From positions 46,998,001-47,062,000 of the forward strand of contig OZ076409.1 of the NCBI GenBank assembly GCA_964187785.1: a stretch of DNA of 64,000 bases, written 5' to 3'. The translations under genes were made by a program, and so were the position numbers. The notes beneath the pieces are model-generated. The model made no database searches, had not been told where the DNA came from, and worked only from the letters and a program-made list of their open reading frames with translations. The DNA comes from Amphiscolops sp. MND2022 (lineage: Eukaryota). This document shows, piece after piece, positions 13,606-27,600 of the stretch (positions are counted from its first letter, which is position 1; the number at the start of each line of letters is the position of its first letter).

Positions 13606-14324
13606 AGTCGGCGCTTCATGAAGTGAAACGCGACTATTATAGTGGCTTTTCTTTTTTTTCAATCCACACGAACTGACCAAAATAGTTCTCAAAAGTTCTA
13701 GAAAATATTATTGCACCAAATTGCACTATTTGGTCTAGCGAACTGAACCAAAAAGGTTTTTCCTGTTTCCCGCGTAACATACCATACCGGGCGAGACCAA
13801 AGGGTCCCCCTTTCAATTTTTTTTGGCACTGTGAGACTTTTTTTCGGGAGAAAATTTTTCCCCAAAGGGTCCCCCCTTTAATTTGTTTGCGGTTTTGCGA
13901 CAAAATGGATGTTGAAAAACTTCAAAGAGCCCCCCTTTCAGTTTTTCGGCATTGTGAGACTTTTTTCCTAAAATTATTTTCTCTCCAAAGGGTCCCCTCT
14001 TCAATTTCTTTGATATTTTACAACAGATTGGGTGTTTAAAAGTCCCAAAGGGTCCCCCTTTCAGTTTTTCGGCATTGTAGGACTTTTTACGAAAATTTGT
14101 TTTTTCCAAAGGGTCCCCCCTTCAACTGCGACAAAAATGTTGACAATTTTAGAAGTGTCCCCCTTTTAGCGCGCCAGGGGCTCGCGCTAGCGGGCCCCGG
14201 CGCGCCACTCGGTTCATATTTTTTGCTTTTTCGATTTTCGAGTTCTGTAAATTGACAATTGGAAGTCCTCTTGCTATTTTTGAGCCTTGGATATGGCGCC
14301 GACTTGGGCCGGTCCCGGTTTGTT
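13606..14324 (+). mobile_element. HINE/DINE-1-like element with internal ~115-bp tandem units
   Basis: 5' AGTCGGCGCTTCATGAAGTGAAACGCGACT (sub-terminal IR plus hairpin). 3' GGCGCCGACTTGGGCCGGTCCCGGTTTGTT. Internal repeats of AAAGGGTCCCCCTTTCA...CGGCATTGTGAGACTTT. Confidence 0.75.
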
Positions 14325-15626
14325 CTCTTTCTAACGTACCATACAAAACCGGACGAGACTGAAGGGCCCCTTTCGATTTTTCTTCAACTTTTATCCGAAA
14401 ATTTTTCAAGTCTCCGAAGGCACAATCATCAACAAATTGGACCAAAGCCTTTAAAATTTTTAAAAAGCCCAAAGAACCCCCTTTACATTTCCGGCATTGT
14501 TTTTCTCACACTGAATGGTCTGCTTGTGTACAATTTCCGCCAGACACTTCTCCGGCGGCCGTGGCCCAGCACAGTATATTCGAACTTTTGGCGTAATATC
14601 CGACCTTTATTGCGTTTTGCTAAGCAGGAGGCTGAGGTTCGAAGACAAGCGCTCCCATTTGTCCCTGCACGCTATAACCGAACTTTTGACGTTTTATCCG
14701 AAGTAAATTACGTTTTACTAAGGAGGAAGCTTTGGATCGAAATTATTGCGGTATATTCGAATTTTGACGTTATATCAAGTAAATTGCGTTTTACTAAAAG
14801 AGGCAAAAAGCGCTCCCATGTGGCCCAGCACGCTATATTCGACCTTTGGAAGCGTTATGTGAGTCATTCATAAAAGTCCTGAGCACGTTTTAAAAACTTT
14901 GCTCTTTTTGCGCCTTAAGTGGGGTGTCGACTTGAGTCGTTCCCGTCTTGCTACATATCTAACTCAACATACAGATAGTTTTATTTAAAATTTACAAATT
15001 AACACATATATTATTGACGGAATGCGAACGGGTACCAATAGTTCAGTGAGGGTTTTCAGACTACATTTGAAGTAGTTGATGCGAAAAATTGTTCGTTGAA
15101 ATTCTTCATTTCACTGAAAAAGTCTCTTCTCTGTATTCAAGTAACAATGATAGCAGTTCAACCTGTGTATACTCTCAGTGAAAGTTGCAGAATGGAAAAA
15201 TTGGCTCAAAACGTTTGGCAAATCTGTCTTGAATGAGTTCTTCACGGAAGGTTTTTTTTTAAATGAAACATTTTGGAACTGATAGATACGCTTCTTGAAA
15301 TTGTAGTTTTTGCTGTGGTAGAAATAATGAGCCTCCAAGGGAACTGAAATATTTGTGTAGTTCTATTAAACATGCAGTAACATTATCTCTACAATTCTTG
15401 GGAAAGTTTGTAAAACAGAAGCAACCCGGTGCATCAAAGGGAAGAAAACTGATCTTCATTCGTAGACAATTGTCTTTACACGGTATTATGACATGAAATG
15501 GGCAAAAGGGCAGAAGCCCACTGTGTTCGATTTTTTTGTGACTGAAACGCAGGCTATAAACAGATTTAAGAGTAACTTTGCATCCCTCTAGAATGAAGTT
15601 CTAAAGTGCTTCAATTACAGACTAAA

Positions 15627-18600
15627 ATGCTTCCCGATCTGGACGGGTTCAACCCCGGGTTCACGGACTCTGGAGAAGTAGCCAGCACTCCCTCCAGGAT
15701 TCTCTCCTCATCCTCATTCAAGTCTCCCTCGGCAGCCGTGGGCAGTGCCGCCCTCACAGACGAAGACGTAGCTCTCTGGTTGCACAACAAGCTGGGATCT
15801 TCAGACGCCAACTGGTGCTCTTCCCAATTAGCTTCTCAGCTTACGTCATCAAATGCCGTCCTCATCCCAAACGTATTCTCCAATCTGAACCCTCACGTCA
15901 AATACAGACTCTTAATGGCATTCTTGTTCGTACCGAAACGAAATATTGAGGCATGCTGCTTAAAAGGTTTTGCGAAATTATAATGAAAACAAGTCGGGAC
16001 CGGCCCAAGTCGGCGCCATATCCAAGGCTCAAAAATAGCAAAAAGACTTCCAAGTGTCAAGTATTCTCTTTTACAGTACCCGCACGAAGAAAAAATTGAA
16101 AAAAAATCGAATCTTTCAATTTTTTGGTCCCCGGGAAGTCGCATAGTGCCGAAAAATGTAAAAGGGGACCTCAAAAAAGCCTAATTAACCTCTATCTCAA
16201 GTGCCAGAAGTAGTGTGGCATTTAGTGTTAGTTCAAGTCAGCTTATAAAATATACGCGCCGACTAAAAAATAGACACTTCGAAGTGAGACCGTAGAAACA
16301 AAACTAGTCAGTGTAATAGACTGCTTTTTCTGCAAAAAAAAACAATGACTAAAAATGATCTTCTAAAGTCTATTTGGTTTTAGTAGGCGGTTTCTTAGAA
16401 AAGACAGGCTACATAGAAAAAATTACATACTCAAAAAAATGGAACAGGCTACATCGAAAAAATTACATACTCAAAAAAATGGACCGAGTGGCGCGCCGGT
16501 GCCCGCTAGCACTAGCCCCTGGCTCGCTAAAGTCTCACAATGCCGAAAAACTGAAAGGGGGACCCTTTGAGGTTTTTCAACATCCATTCTGTCGCAAAAA
16601 AATTCCCGAAAAAAATGTCTCGCAGTGCCGAAAAAAAATGAAGGGGGGACCCTTTGTGGAAAAATTTTCCGAAAAAAGTCTCACAGTGCCGAAAAAAATT
16701 GAAAGGGGGGACCCTTTGGTCTCACCCGGTATGGTATGTTACGCGGAAAAACAGTTAAAACCATTTTGGTCCAGTTCGCTAGGCCAAATGGTGCAATTTG
16801 ACACCATAATATTTTGTAGAACTTTTAAGAACTATTTTGGTCAGTTCGTGTGGATAGAAAAAAAGAGTCACTATAATAGTCGCGTTTCACTTCATGAAGC
16901 GCCGATTAAAAATTGAAGCGAGTATTCGGCATTGACCACAGTCTCATTATTGAAACAGTTTCTTTAAGGACTTCAGAAAGAAAACGTTTTTTTTTTCGTA
17001 TAAATGCTAATTTGAAAGTTTGCCTTAATTTGAAAATGTCAATAAAGCTAATTGAAACCAGGGGTTAAGACAAGAGGGAACTTAGTTTTTTAATTTGCTT
17101 TTTGTGCGACCTTCATGTATTGTGACAATCTCATGGACCAATTTTCACTTGAAATTAGCGTTTGCTCCAAAAACTTGTTCCTAGCTAAGAGAAACTTAGA
17201 CTTTTTGACAAATGAATCCGGATTAAAAGAAGCTCGTTCAAAATCAGGACTTTTTAATGTCAGAACTAAGTTCACATGGTGTAAAACCTTGGAAACATTT
17301 CAGACGACTTTCTGTGGCAGTTTTCATAAAGCTGCAATTTGTGTGAAAAACTTCTCGGTGTTTCGTGCAATCGAAATGAAACATTTCACTGATTTCCAGT
17401 GAGTAGAGCCCCTTTGGAGATCTGATTTGGTGTGCAGTAAAGCATTAATTTCTACATTTGTAATCTGTTCAGCGAAGGAATTGAAGAAAAGTCCGCAAAA
17501 ACACTAACATCATTTAATGATAGCAAATACCAGTGTGTCTGAAGTTTTCCGAAGTCTTACACCATGTGGGTATGTTTCTTACATTAAAAAGTCCCGATTT
17601 TGAACGAGCTTCTTTTAATCCGGATTCATTTGTCTAAAAGTCCTTGTTTCTCTTAGCTAGGAACAAGTTTTTGGAGCAAAAGCTAATTTGAAGTGAAAAT
17701 TGGTCCATGAGATTGTAACAATACATGAACCAAAACCAAACATTTCCTCAAGGAAAGCTGCATGTTTCGTGGTCGACAGGAAGTTCGAAGCTCCATGGAA
17801 ATGGTAGTCTGTTTGGCACTTCAAGATGATGATTCGTGGGTTGTCTCTATTGCTCATGCTGTCGAACACTACTTAGCTCATGGACATATCTCATTAGACT
17901 GTCTTTTAGCATTGACGCCTTTTGAACAAGTGAGTCAATCATATATTGCTAACCAATCATGACTTACTTGTGTGCTTTCAGTTAAACGCTTCCTATGAAT
18001 GTGTCTTTGAATGCGTCTATTTAGTCAATAATCTTTTGGTACTCTCATTTTGGATTCCTTTGAACTACACAACAAACCAAAACGGCTCAAAACAAAAGCT
18101 TTTTCTTGAATATTAATGGTTTTTGATATATATATACACACACACGCACCAATCGTTTATTAGTTTCAGAGTTGTTGATCTTAATATGACATCGTTTTTG
18201 TTGCGGTTAATTGTATTCTGGGTCCTGAGTATTCTGCAGTTCCTGTTAAGAGTCATCCCTTCGTACTGTCTGAGTCCTACAATTCGCCACCCCCTCTAAA
18301 TAAATCTCCCTTGCGAATAACATCAAATTGAAAAAAAAACGTTGCAGAATCGATTCGAACTCTTGGTCCGTCGGCAGACTTGAAAGTTGTAAAAACTTTT
18401 AGTCGATGTGATTTGCGAACAGTGAAAAATTCAATTCATCAAACCGGAAAGTTAAATCAGGGATTGAATTTTTTAGTTATTTCCAATTGTACCGCTAAAT
18501 GTAACCCTGACTCTTAATAGGAGAATAGATTGTTTGATGTCCAATCCAATTGGTTTTTCTACCTGAGTTTTCATTTGGCGACAGCTTCTGTGAGCACAGA

Positions 18601-21600
18601 GTAAGATGGCGATTGAATTTCATCTACAGCTCCTGAAAGAAAGCTTCATTAGATGTGTAATATTTGGCAAATTAGCATTACACCGGGATATAAATGAAAA
18701 TTTGAAAATAGTTGACGAATAACCATAGTGTTAATTGTTACGTTTTCATGAAAAATAATCATTTCATTTCGATGCTTCGACTTCACAATAGTGATCATGA
18801 AAACTTTGTTGCTTACTTTCATAGGCGCTGTGAGCTCTTTCGTTGCCTCTTTCATAGGCATTGGCGATCGCGATTTCGAACTGGTCGGCGTTCTGTTCAA
18901 CCCAATTTTGCTCGCAATTATCTTGATTCGTCCCGGAATTTTGCAAAACGCCGTCGTTGACTTGTCTGATCAGCTTCAAGTTGGAGCCTCTCTTGTTCAA
19001 TGCGAATTCTTTTCTCACTGAAATGTGCATATTTTCGACATTTTCTTGTTTCAACATTATGGATACGTTTGCAAAGAAATATCCTTTTATGCTAGGTCAG
19101 TTTTCGAATCAAAAGTAACCATTTATCAGTTGCACTAAGACACGGGTATCAGAGAGGTGTCGAGAAATGCCAATAGTGTCAGTCGAATACTTGTGTGTAT
19201 TCACTGATTTTTGCGTAAACTTGTTGCTGAGAATTTGCGAACTGTCTAGCATTAGTGTTTTTCGCAATCTTCAAACATGAGTTTAACAGATGTAGGTCGT
19301 TTAATAAGCGCTGTTCGAAATAAAATATTGGCCTCTCACCTTGACAGATGACCCAATGAGGGTATGCACATACATAGTCATCCAATCCGTTTTTCTTTCC
19401 ACTGCTGTCGTCTCGGAACCATTGAACCGGAAACCATTTTCTTGCTACACAGGCTTGGTCATAATCTGAAAATGCGGTGGACAAAATTTTCGAGTCTTTA
19501 TTCGAGTGGATACATTTTTTAAATCAATATTTCACTTTTTGACTTTCAAGAAAAAGGGAAAGCTCACAGGAGTTGAATTTTCAGCTTTATTTCATTATCT
19601 GATGGAAAACGCGTTTTCCAAATGATGTGAATTGAAAGATAACGAAAATGGCATTAATCTGGATAAGTAAGATAAAACTCGTACTCTCATTGCTAGGTTG
19701 ATTCCCTCTCCAAAATGTCTTGGGCATTTGTTCCCCCGTGTACAGATTGATAAACTCTAGGCGGAAGCCGTATTTGTGCTCTAGGCCATCTGAAGCTTGT
19801 CTTAAATAAGCCGTCCATAATCCTGAATTTTCCAAGTAATTCGGATGCGCTTTCATCTGCTCGCCATATTTGTCCCAGAAGTAAGTTCGGAGAATATCCT
19901 GAAATTTATCGGCCTAATTATTGCCAGACTAAAGTTTACTAAATTACTATTGACTTCTATTACCTTCTGGATTCATCACACTTCGGTTCATCATACGAAT
20001 CTTCCGATGAAAGTATTTTTCGCTCCGATGGGATCCGATTATTTTGTGACGTTTTCCGTCAGACCAATTTTTGGGCGTAATCACATCTGCAGTAGTCAAT
20101 AATATGCAGTTAGTCAATGTACTTCAAAGTAGAGTTGGGATTGCACTTTTTCGCAGCTGATGCTACTGATCCATTGCAAATTTTAAAAAATATTAATTCC
20201 TTTCTACAATGTCAAATTTTGAATTCATCTTTTGCGCTGTTTAATCCGACAAATAAATGCTGAACAAAATGTATTTCGTATAACTCACTTCGTCGCCCTT
20301 ATTATCCAAACCAGGCAAATACCCAGACGCGAAACCACAAGCTTCCACTCCTCTGTCCTGTGATGTTGGACCCAATTCCAGCAACATCCGGTAGCAATGA
20401 CCCAATTCTGTCAATGAACCGAACTTTTGTCTATTTACCGCTCTACACCAATGTGTATGCAACGCTTTTTCGTTTCAAGAAGTCAAAGTCATTTACCTTA
20501 AACTTCTAAAAGTGCTTGAGATGTTGATATTCGACGGTTTTTGAGAACTTTTTATTAGTCGGAGCTTTTAATTGAAAATGAACTCGCCATACTATTACAG
20601 TCACTTTTTTTTCAAGTCACATGAATGTGACGAAAACTGTTAAGGCGGCCGATATGGTTACAGTGACGGCTTCCGAAGCAACAGTCTTCCTCATTTCACC
20701 AAATCATCCCCTTTTGTGTTTTTGATATTTTCAGTTAGGAAACAGCGTATTTCAGAAAGCTCCGACTGAAAAGGACTACTGCTCGATCTTTTCATAGACG
20801 ACTAAAATTATCATCGAACTTCGTGGTACATGCAATCAAAAATGCTTGAGAAGTCTACTTTTTTAAGAAAGAGAATTGATTGAATTGAATGTTAATATAA
20901 TGTAGCTAACAGTTGCATAGTTTGCAGAGACCCACTATCTGATCATGTTGCATTACTAATGTTAACTAACAAGTTGGATGCCAGTAGGTTGGAGAAAAAA
21001 CATGCTAGGATTTTAAACAAGCCGGGACCGGCCCAAGTCGGCGCCATATCCAAGGCTCAAAAATAGCAAAAAGACTTCCAAGTGTCAAGTACTCTATTAC
21101 AGTACTCGAAAATCGAAATTTTTTGAAAAAAAATTTTTTGAAAAAATTACATACTCAAAAAAATGGACCGAGTGGCGCGCTAAAGTCTCACAATGCCGAA
21201 AAACTGAAAGGGGGGACCCTTTGAGGTTTTTCAACATCCATTCTGTCGCAAAACATAAAAAAACTGAAGAAAACAAAAATTTTCATTTTTGGGAAAAAAT
21301 CTTACAATGCCGAAAAAAAACTGAAAGGGGGGACCCTTTGGGATTTTTCAACATCCATTCTGTCGCAAAACATCAAAAAAAATGCAGGGAGGACCCTTTG
21401 GGGAAAAAAATTTTGAAAAAAAAATTCCGAAAAAAAATGTCTCGCAGTGCCGAAAAAAATTGAAAGGGGGGACTCTTTGGTCTCGTCCGGTTTGGTATGT
21501 TACGCGGAAAAACAGGTAAAACCTTTTTGGTTCAGTTCGCTAGACCAAATAGTGCATTTTGGTGCAATAATATTTTGTAGAACTTTTGTAGAACTATTTT

Positions 21601-24600
21601 GGTCAGTTCGTGTGGATAGAAAAAAAAAGTCACTATAATAGTCGCGTTTCACTGCATGAAGCGCCGACTAAAAATACTCGCTTAATATTGAAAAACACTC
21701 ACTGAATCTCCTGCATTTTGAGTTATATACATGAATTAGAAAATCATATGGAAAATTTGGTTTGGTATGATGAATGGCATGAACTGAAATGAAATGGAAA
21801 AGCTTTTTTCAATAACTGACCTTCGATGTATTCATAACCTGCAGGGCACACTGAAAAAGTTAATAATCATTATTTAATTTTCAACTAATTGGGACAAAGC
21901 AAATCTCAGAGCGTCTCAAACCTTCGTTGCAGTAAGGCTCTACTCCTTTTCTGAAGTTGTCAGAGTTTATAGCATCTTGAACATCTTGTGCTAGACTTCT
22001 GTAAAAAATAAAGCTAATGAATAAGACTTCTGAAACAACAGTGCCAAAACAGTACAATTTACAATGATGTTTTAAAATTCATGTTTTATTTCAACGTTGA
22101 AAGTTTTATTTCCAGCTATATATTAGCTGGACAGCCATAAATTTAAATAATAAAAAGTCTTTTATTGTTTAATCAGTTTCTTTTTCAAAGAAATTGTTAA
22201 CATGTGTCAAAGCGGGATCGCGTTTCTACAGAAGCTTTCAAGGAGACGCTGATTTTTCTAACAAAAGTGAAAAACTATTCGAGTTTTCGTTCACGTTTTT
22301 CAATTTTGACGTGGTAAATTTTAATCCGCAACCACCCTTGCTCTATTACATTTTACAAAGGCTGATTCATATTCTAGGTTGAATTTCTGTTGCACAGAAT
22401 GCAGTTTTCATCCCTAACGGCCGAAGTGTTTTTTTTTTGCCTTGGGAAAGGGTTTTTCCCCCAAATTTGCCATGTTAAATTTTCTTCTCAAAAGACCTTC
22501 TTCACCAGAATTCAAATACGAAAAAAATTGGTATCATGTCTTTATGGAGGTATTTTAAATTTTCTGAAAGAAGTTCCTGACATCAGGAAGTGTCAAAATT
22601 TTTATACTTTTATGCAAGTTTTGTTGACTTCCTGAATGTTTTCGTTGGCATGAATTTTTGGGCTATAATTCATATTCACTATTATGGTTATGATTCCTCA
22701 GTAAGAATACTTCTTTGGAAATACCTTTTCCGGACAGGATCCTAGGCAGATGTCTCCCGTTTTATTTTTCATTTTGATCTTATAGATTTTACCGCGTTTC
22801 ATTGATGTATGTATTTTTATACTATTGTTATTGCGATATCTTCATTTTAATTCAATTTATTTTTGCATTTAAAAAATAATGGTTATGATTGTTAATATGA
22901 TCCTGATTCACATTTTCTTTGTTGGGATTTTTTCCACCCTATTTCACGTGGTCACTGAAAATGGTAGTTTTAGGATGCAAATTTCTCTACTTACTGAGCC
23001 AGGAGACACAAAAAGACACACCATGATATTTTGCTAAGCATCTTGACAACGTAGCACGCTGATCGAAATCCAACTAAAATTGAGCGATAATTAAATCCAA
23101 CTGAGGTCAATGATAAAAATTTAGTTAAGTGACTGTCAGTGGTACCGGACAACAAAAAACTAAACAAGCCTGTAACCAAGCATCGGATTCATAATGGCTA
23201 CTTTTGATTTTTCAAATTAACTAATTCTCCTTTTTATACATGAATGAAAAATCGCAGCGAACATTTCGTGTTCAATCCAATTTCTTCTATATGAACTTGA
23301 GGCTTTATGGCTTTCAAACAAGTTCGTAGTTTTTCATTAATATGCAAGAACACTTGCCAAGTTGGTTTCTGATTCACTGTCAAGACCGAAAATTATTAAA
23401 ATATTTAATTGAATCACAGATGTCTAGAATGCAGCTTCATCTACCTGAAGTTTAAGTAGCTCCCTGGAGAGCATATTTTGTTCATGAAAATTGAACTTTC
23501 AAGAGACATAGTTTTTGCTTCGTCTCAATTCTTTCCTAATGGCTTTCTGATCTCGACTCTTCCTGTAGATCAGAAAATCGGCGATGCAAAGTTCTATTTA
23601 GTTTGATGCGCTACGTCTTCTGACATTTTGTACGCTTCTAAATCTTTGACAAATTATGACTTGAAATGTTGAAAGGGTTTCTGTTTAGGTTGCCGCTACT
23701 ACGAAGTCTGCTTTGGCTTCATTCGACTCCAACACCCTGCTGCCTCTAGAATGTCCTATGCTGTGCAAAAAAGCGCTTACTCAGATAGTCGCGGCTGAGC
23801 CACCGTCTCAAAAACACTTCACGCTGAAACGAAAATCAAAGTCCCAGGTGCAGAGAAGTGAACTTGTGCAGAAATCCTCCGATTTGCAAAATTCCGAAGC
23901 AAAACTGAACAGATCCTCGTCGGGTTCAAATGGTGCACTCTCGATTCCTGTCAGAAGCAAAACTGCCCCTAGCAGACTGAAACTTGGGCAGATGAAAAAC
24001 ATGTCAATGTCGAGCGGAATGAGTCCAATGTCATCATTTGGGCCGCACCAGAAAATGACGTCAGAGAACTCGGCCAATCGATTCAAAGATAACAAACGAG
24101 GTGGTGCTAAGTTAATTGAAATCACAGACCAACCGCTTGGAGGCGCTGCAGGCAGAATGAAGAAGCACAAATCAAATATAGTTGTTACCAACCCAGTTAG
24201 CAAACCTGATCAGTCTACTGAGGAAAACCGCACAATTGATGAAAGCGTAGAAAGTACCCAACCCAGAGAAGAAGCTCAGTCTTCTGTTGCAGTAGAAGTT
24301 GATATGAATAGGCAAATGTCTTCTGGATCGGAGCTTGATGAATCCAAGAGTAGAAGCATGCACATGAACAAGAACAGCGATTCAGTTGTGAGCAAAAAAG
24401 AAGCTGAAAATGAAATGCCCGAATACGCTGTTGGCCTGCAGTCTTATCCTTTGAAAACAGAGGTCAGTAGAGTCCTGACAAGAATCTCATAACAATTATA
24501 GAAGCATTAGTAATGAAGGGTTACCGTCTGTAGTTCAGTTGGTATCTAGCTTCATCGAGATGTTCCTTGACAAAGCGCTGTCGTAGAGCCCAAATACTTG

Positions 24601-27600
24601 TAAGAACGTCCTTCACTATTCATGAATTTAGAATCAAGTTGCACGAACACCTGGGTTCGTCTTTTTAAAAAGGCTTCTTGAAACAAGAGCACTCTAGCTT
24701 GAATATTGTGTTTCCATTGAAATCTTCCTTTCCAAGATTCGGTGAAAATGGCAGCGGCAATCAAAATCGTTCATCCTTTAAAACATTTTATGGCAATCAT
24801 ACTTGTGTATTTTCAGTCGGCGCATTTTGTATCAAAGTTTGTCCGACTACTTTTTTCTTCAGCCTAACATCGAAACATTTACTTTTTTGTTCAAATTTTT
24901 ACGTGGTTCCATGTCTTTGAAGCAGTCTAAAATGTATTTAATATTCACGCAGCTTGACGGTACAAAAGGGCCTTCATTTGGGATTTTTCGACATTGTTTT
25001 TTTTGAATTTTTTTCCACCAAAGGTCCCTTTTGATTTTTTAGTCGGCGATTCAAAAACTCAGACTCTAGCAGTGGCGTTTTTGAGACCAGCGAACTGACA
25101 CATTTATATAAGCATTTTAAGCAATATAAGTTCAAATTCATTATACCCCCTTCTCTTTTATAATTTTTTCGGCTTTTTCAAAGCTCTTTTCATTACTATG
25201 AGACTTTCCAAAGAAACATTTTTCAAAAACGTTTTTCAAAAAAAATGATTTTTAAATGTTTCCAATCAGGGAAAAGCCATTTCTGAGTCTTATTGGTATC
25301 CCTTGTGGGAACTGTCAGCACTGTAAAAATGATGAAAAATATGCAATAGTGCATATTTTGAAAACTTTGCTCTTTTTGAACCTTGAGCGGGGTGCCGCCT
25401 TGGGCCGTTACCGGCTTGTTTTTCAATTAGTGCTTTAAGAAAACAGTCCCTTTATGATACAAAAATTTCGCCCCTTGGAAAGTTCAATAGGTCAATACTA
25501 ACCCAACTGAGAAGTAAACGATTAAGTTTCAGTATGAACAAACCAATCTGTTTGAGGAGATAACGCACTCATCCAATTCCAAACGTGTTCATAGACAAGA
25601 CGCCCGCTGACCAGCAGGATATTTTCCGTCCAAAATGTTCAAGCAATGACATATTTTTGGGACTCAAGAGTAGCCATTACACTATGAAAACGCTTAGAGG
25701 TTTGATGGAAAAAGGTTTGACACTATTTGAATAATGTTATGCCATTTCAGAAGGAAACACTTCAAGAAGACACCAAACACCTATTTGTTTTTTTGTCAGA
25801 TAGTGTGTAACCTAACCAATCAAACTTTCTTTAAATTTGCGTGAAGTTGCCAAAAATGTCAAAAATTGTAGATTTTTGCTTTTCGACAACTTTGTGGTCA
25901 TTTGAGGAACTTTTATAAGAAACTGTAGATGTCTTTTCAAAAACGCTTTTTGGATAACGGGTCCATTCATTCTTGAATTACAAAATTGCTCGAAACGTTT
26001 ACATAAAAGTATATCAATATTTCAAAAACAAAAAACGGATTTTCGCCGAATTTCAAATCATTCTGACGAACTTTTTGCATACACAATTGTAGATTTCGTT
26101 TTTGGACATTCTGCATGTCTACTCAAAAATTTTAGACTTTTAGAATATTACGAAATTTTCACTAAGAAGTAGAAATTCACTAATTTGTCAAACAACTGCC
26201 AAAAGTTTTTTCGACTATTTTGGGTCATTTTGAGGCTCTTTTCTAACCTGAAACTGCAATTCACCTGCGAAAAACCTACTGAACAACGCATTCGTTCGCT
26301 TTTGAGGGTTTTTCTTCCAACGATGGAAACTTCTCAAAAAATTCGGAACTTTGCATAAGAAACGTTGAATTTAGACTTTTTATATCGGACTAATCAGGGC
26401 TACTTTCGAAGTACCTTTAAAGCTAAATACTGCAACTCTCTTCAAAATAGCATACTGCATAGCTAGTTTCATCGTTTTTGAGTGTTTTGAACTTTCTTGG
26501 TCACAGAAATTTTCAAAAATTGAACACAAACTGCAGGAAAAACGACAAACTTGAAAAATTTCTGATGTAAAACACTGTAATTTTTTCATCAGAAAGGAAA
26601 CTACATACCTCATTCTATCACCTCGGAATGTTTTGAACCATCTCATTTAACAATATTCTCAAAAATGATACTCAAGTAACATGAAGAACCTACATAAACT
26701 GGATTTTTTAGGACTTTTCGACAATTTTTGTGTCAAATTAAAGCTTGATTTTTTATCAGAAACTGGCACATATCCGATCAAAAAAGCCTACAGGAGAACG
26801 CCTTCAGTTGTTGTGGAACCGTTTCAGAGCTTTCATTCATGAAAAGGTTGAAGTTTTTACAAAAGTTGCGTTGGAAAATACAAAAATGTAAAAAACATGA
26901 GATTTGTTGACCTATTTCGTGGTGCTTGTTGCAATTTTTTTTACAAAACTGCATTTATCTGCGCAACCAACCCTATTGGACAACGAAATCATTCGCTGTT
27001 GATCGTATTCAACGTTTTGATCCACGAAGTCTTTAGAAATCTGTCAAAAGTTGCCTGAAAGGTGAAAAATTGGTACATTTTGAAGTTTTCGTCATTTTTG
27101 GTCGCAAATTGTGCGTTTTTTTCAGTAGTCTAAGTTTCTACTTCTTAACAAAAGCCTGACAACGAATTTGTTCCTTGTTGAACGTCATTAATTTTCTAAG
27201 CCACCAAGTTTTTCGAAAAGTACACATGAACTGCATAAAGTTTTCAAAAACCTGAATCTTTCACTTTTTTTGTCAATTTTGGTGTGAATTTGATGCTTTT
27301 CTCCAGCACAAATTGCTTTTACCTCTTCAAAACCCCCCGGACAACGAATTGTTTCCTTGGTGAACGTCTGTGGGATTCTAAGCCACTAAGTCTTTAGAAA
27401 AATACACAAAAATTGAATAAAATTTTCAAAAATCTGATTTTTTTTAGGTTTTTGTCAATTTTGGTAAGACCTCTTCAAATAAGACTCCCGGACAACGATA
27501 TGTTCCTCGTTAAACGTCTTTGACATTCTAAGCCACCAGGTCTTTCGAAAATTAGACAAAAATTGCATAAAGTTTTCAAAAGTCTGAATTTTCAAGTATT

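Noticed and set aside
13637..14873. Cluster of 60-200 aa ORFs with repeated KGGPF/SHNAEK motifs (also 16374-16916, 21221-21638, 37090-37640)
   Set aside because: They are translations of the internal tandem units of the HINE-like repeat in several frames and strands, not genes.
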